DNA of 64,000 nt from Adineta vaga (taxonomy: Eukaryota; Animalia; Rotifera). Under the pieces are notes generated by a model, which made no database searches, was not told the origin of the DNA, and saw only the letters and a list, made by a program, of their open reading frames with translations. The position numbers and the translations under genes are program-made. This document shows, piece after piece, positions 63,492 to 64,000 of this stretch. Each line of letters starts with the position of its first letter. Positions within the stretch are counted from its first letter, which is position 1. The stretch spans positions 14,136,001-14,200,000 of the forward strand of contig CP075492.1 in the NCBI GenBank assembly GCA_021613535.1, in the 5' to 3' direction.

Positions 63492-64000
63492 ATGAGCAGC
63501 CAAATTTCACCAACGGATATCGAAAATGGTTCAGTATTGACACAATCCACGGGTAGCAATGATGGACATAGTCATGGTTCTGTCATAAGTTTTCATTCGA
63601 TTAATTATACTCTTCCTCTGCCAAAATTTTGTAATTGTATTCCAATACCATGTTTAAAGAAAAAGCAACAACAAATTCTGTTTGATATATCAGGTGTTTT
63701 TAAACCTGGTATGAATGCTATCCTTGGACCAACAGGAAGTGGTAAATCTTCATTATTGGATATCCTTGCTGATAGAAAAGATCGTGAAGGTCTCGAAGGT
63801 CAAGTACTCATGGATGGACAAGTGCAAACAGTAGATTTTAAATATCGTGTTGGTTATGTTGTTCAAGATGATATTATTAGTGGAAATTTAACTGTTAGAG
63901 AAAATTTACTTTTCTCAGCTAATACTCGATTATCTGGAAAAGTTTCATCAAGAGATAAACTAACAATAGTTAATGAAGTTATCGAACAATTAGGTTTAGA
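63492..64000 (+). CDS. ABCG2-like half-transporter, N-terminal part (cut by the window edge)
   Basis: ILFDISGVFKPGMNAILGPTGSGKSSLLDILADRKD...GYVVQDD...LTVRENL. Confidence 0.88.
   Translation, partial: MSSQISPTDIENGSVLTQSTGSNDGHSHGSVISFHSINYTLPLPKFCNCIPIPCLKKKQQQILFDISGVFKPGMNAILGPTGSGKSSLLDILADRKDREGLEGQVLMDGQVQTVDFKYRVGYVVQDDIISGNLTVRENLLFSANTRLSGKVSSRDKLTIVNEVIEQLGL

Overview
AT-rich eukaryotic DNA with short (about 50-70 nt) GT-AG introns. The mix of metazoan genes, many bacterial- and fungal-like genes, F-box and pentapeptide families and TGTGGG/TGAGGG motifs suggests a bdelloid rotifer, probably subtelomeric (inference). In order: a 5.45-kb array of 93-bp units with a 14-nt hypervariable cassette and a 16-unit higher-order repeat; a hairpin-rich flank; a decayed hAT transposase containing a MITE; an apparently intact PARP4-like gene with an in-frame HSP70 substrate-binding domain; a TRPM channel; about a dozen candidate horizontally acquired genes, several with introns; three B-lectin paralogues with different N-termini; two tRNA-Cys genes; a piggyBac remnant; and the start of an ABCG transporter. 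The main leads are the PARP4-HSP70 chimera, the cassette-variable array, and telomere-repeat motifs at two gene truncation points. All family calls come from motif recognition by eye; no searches were run.
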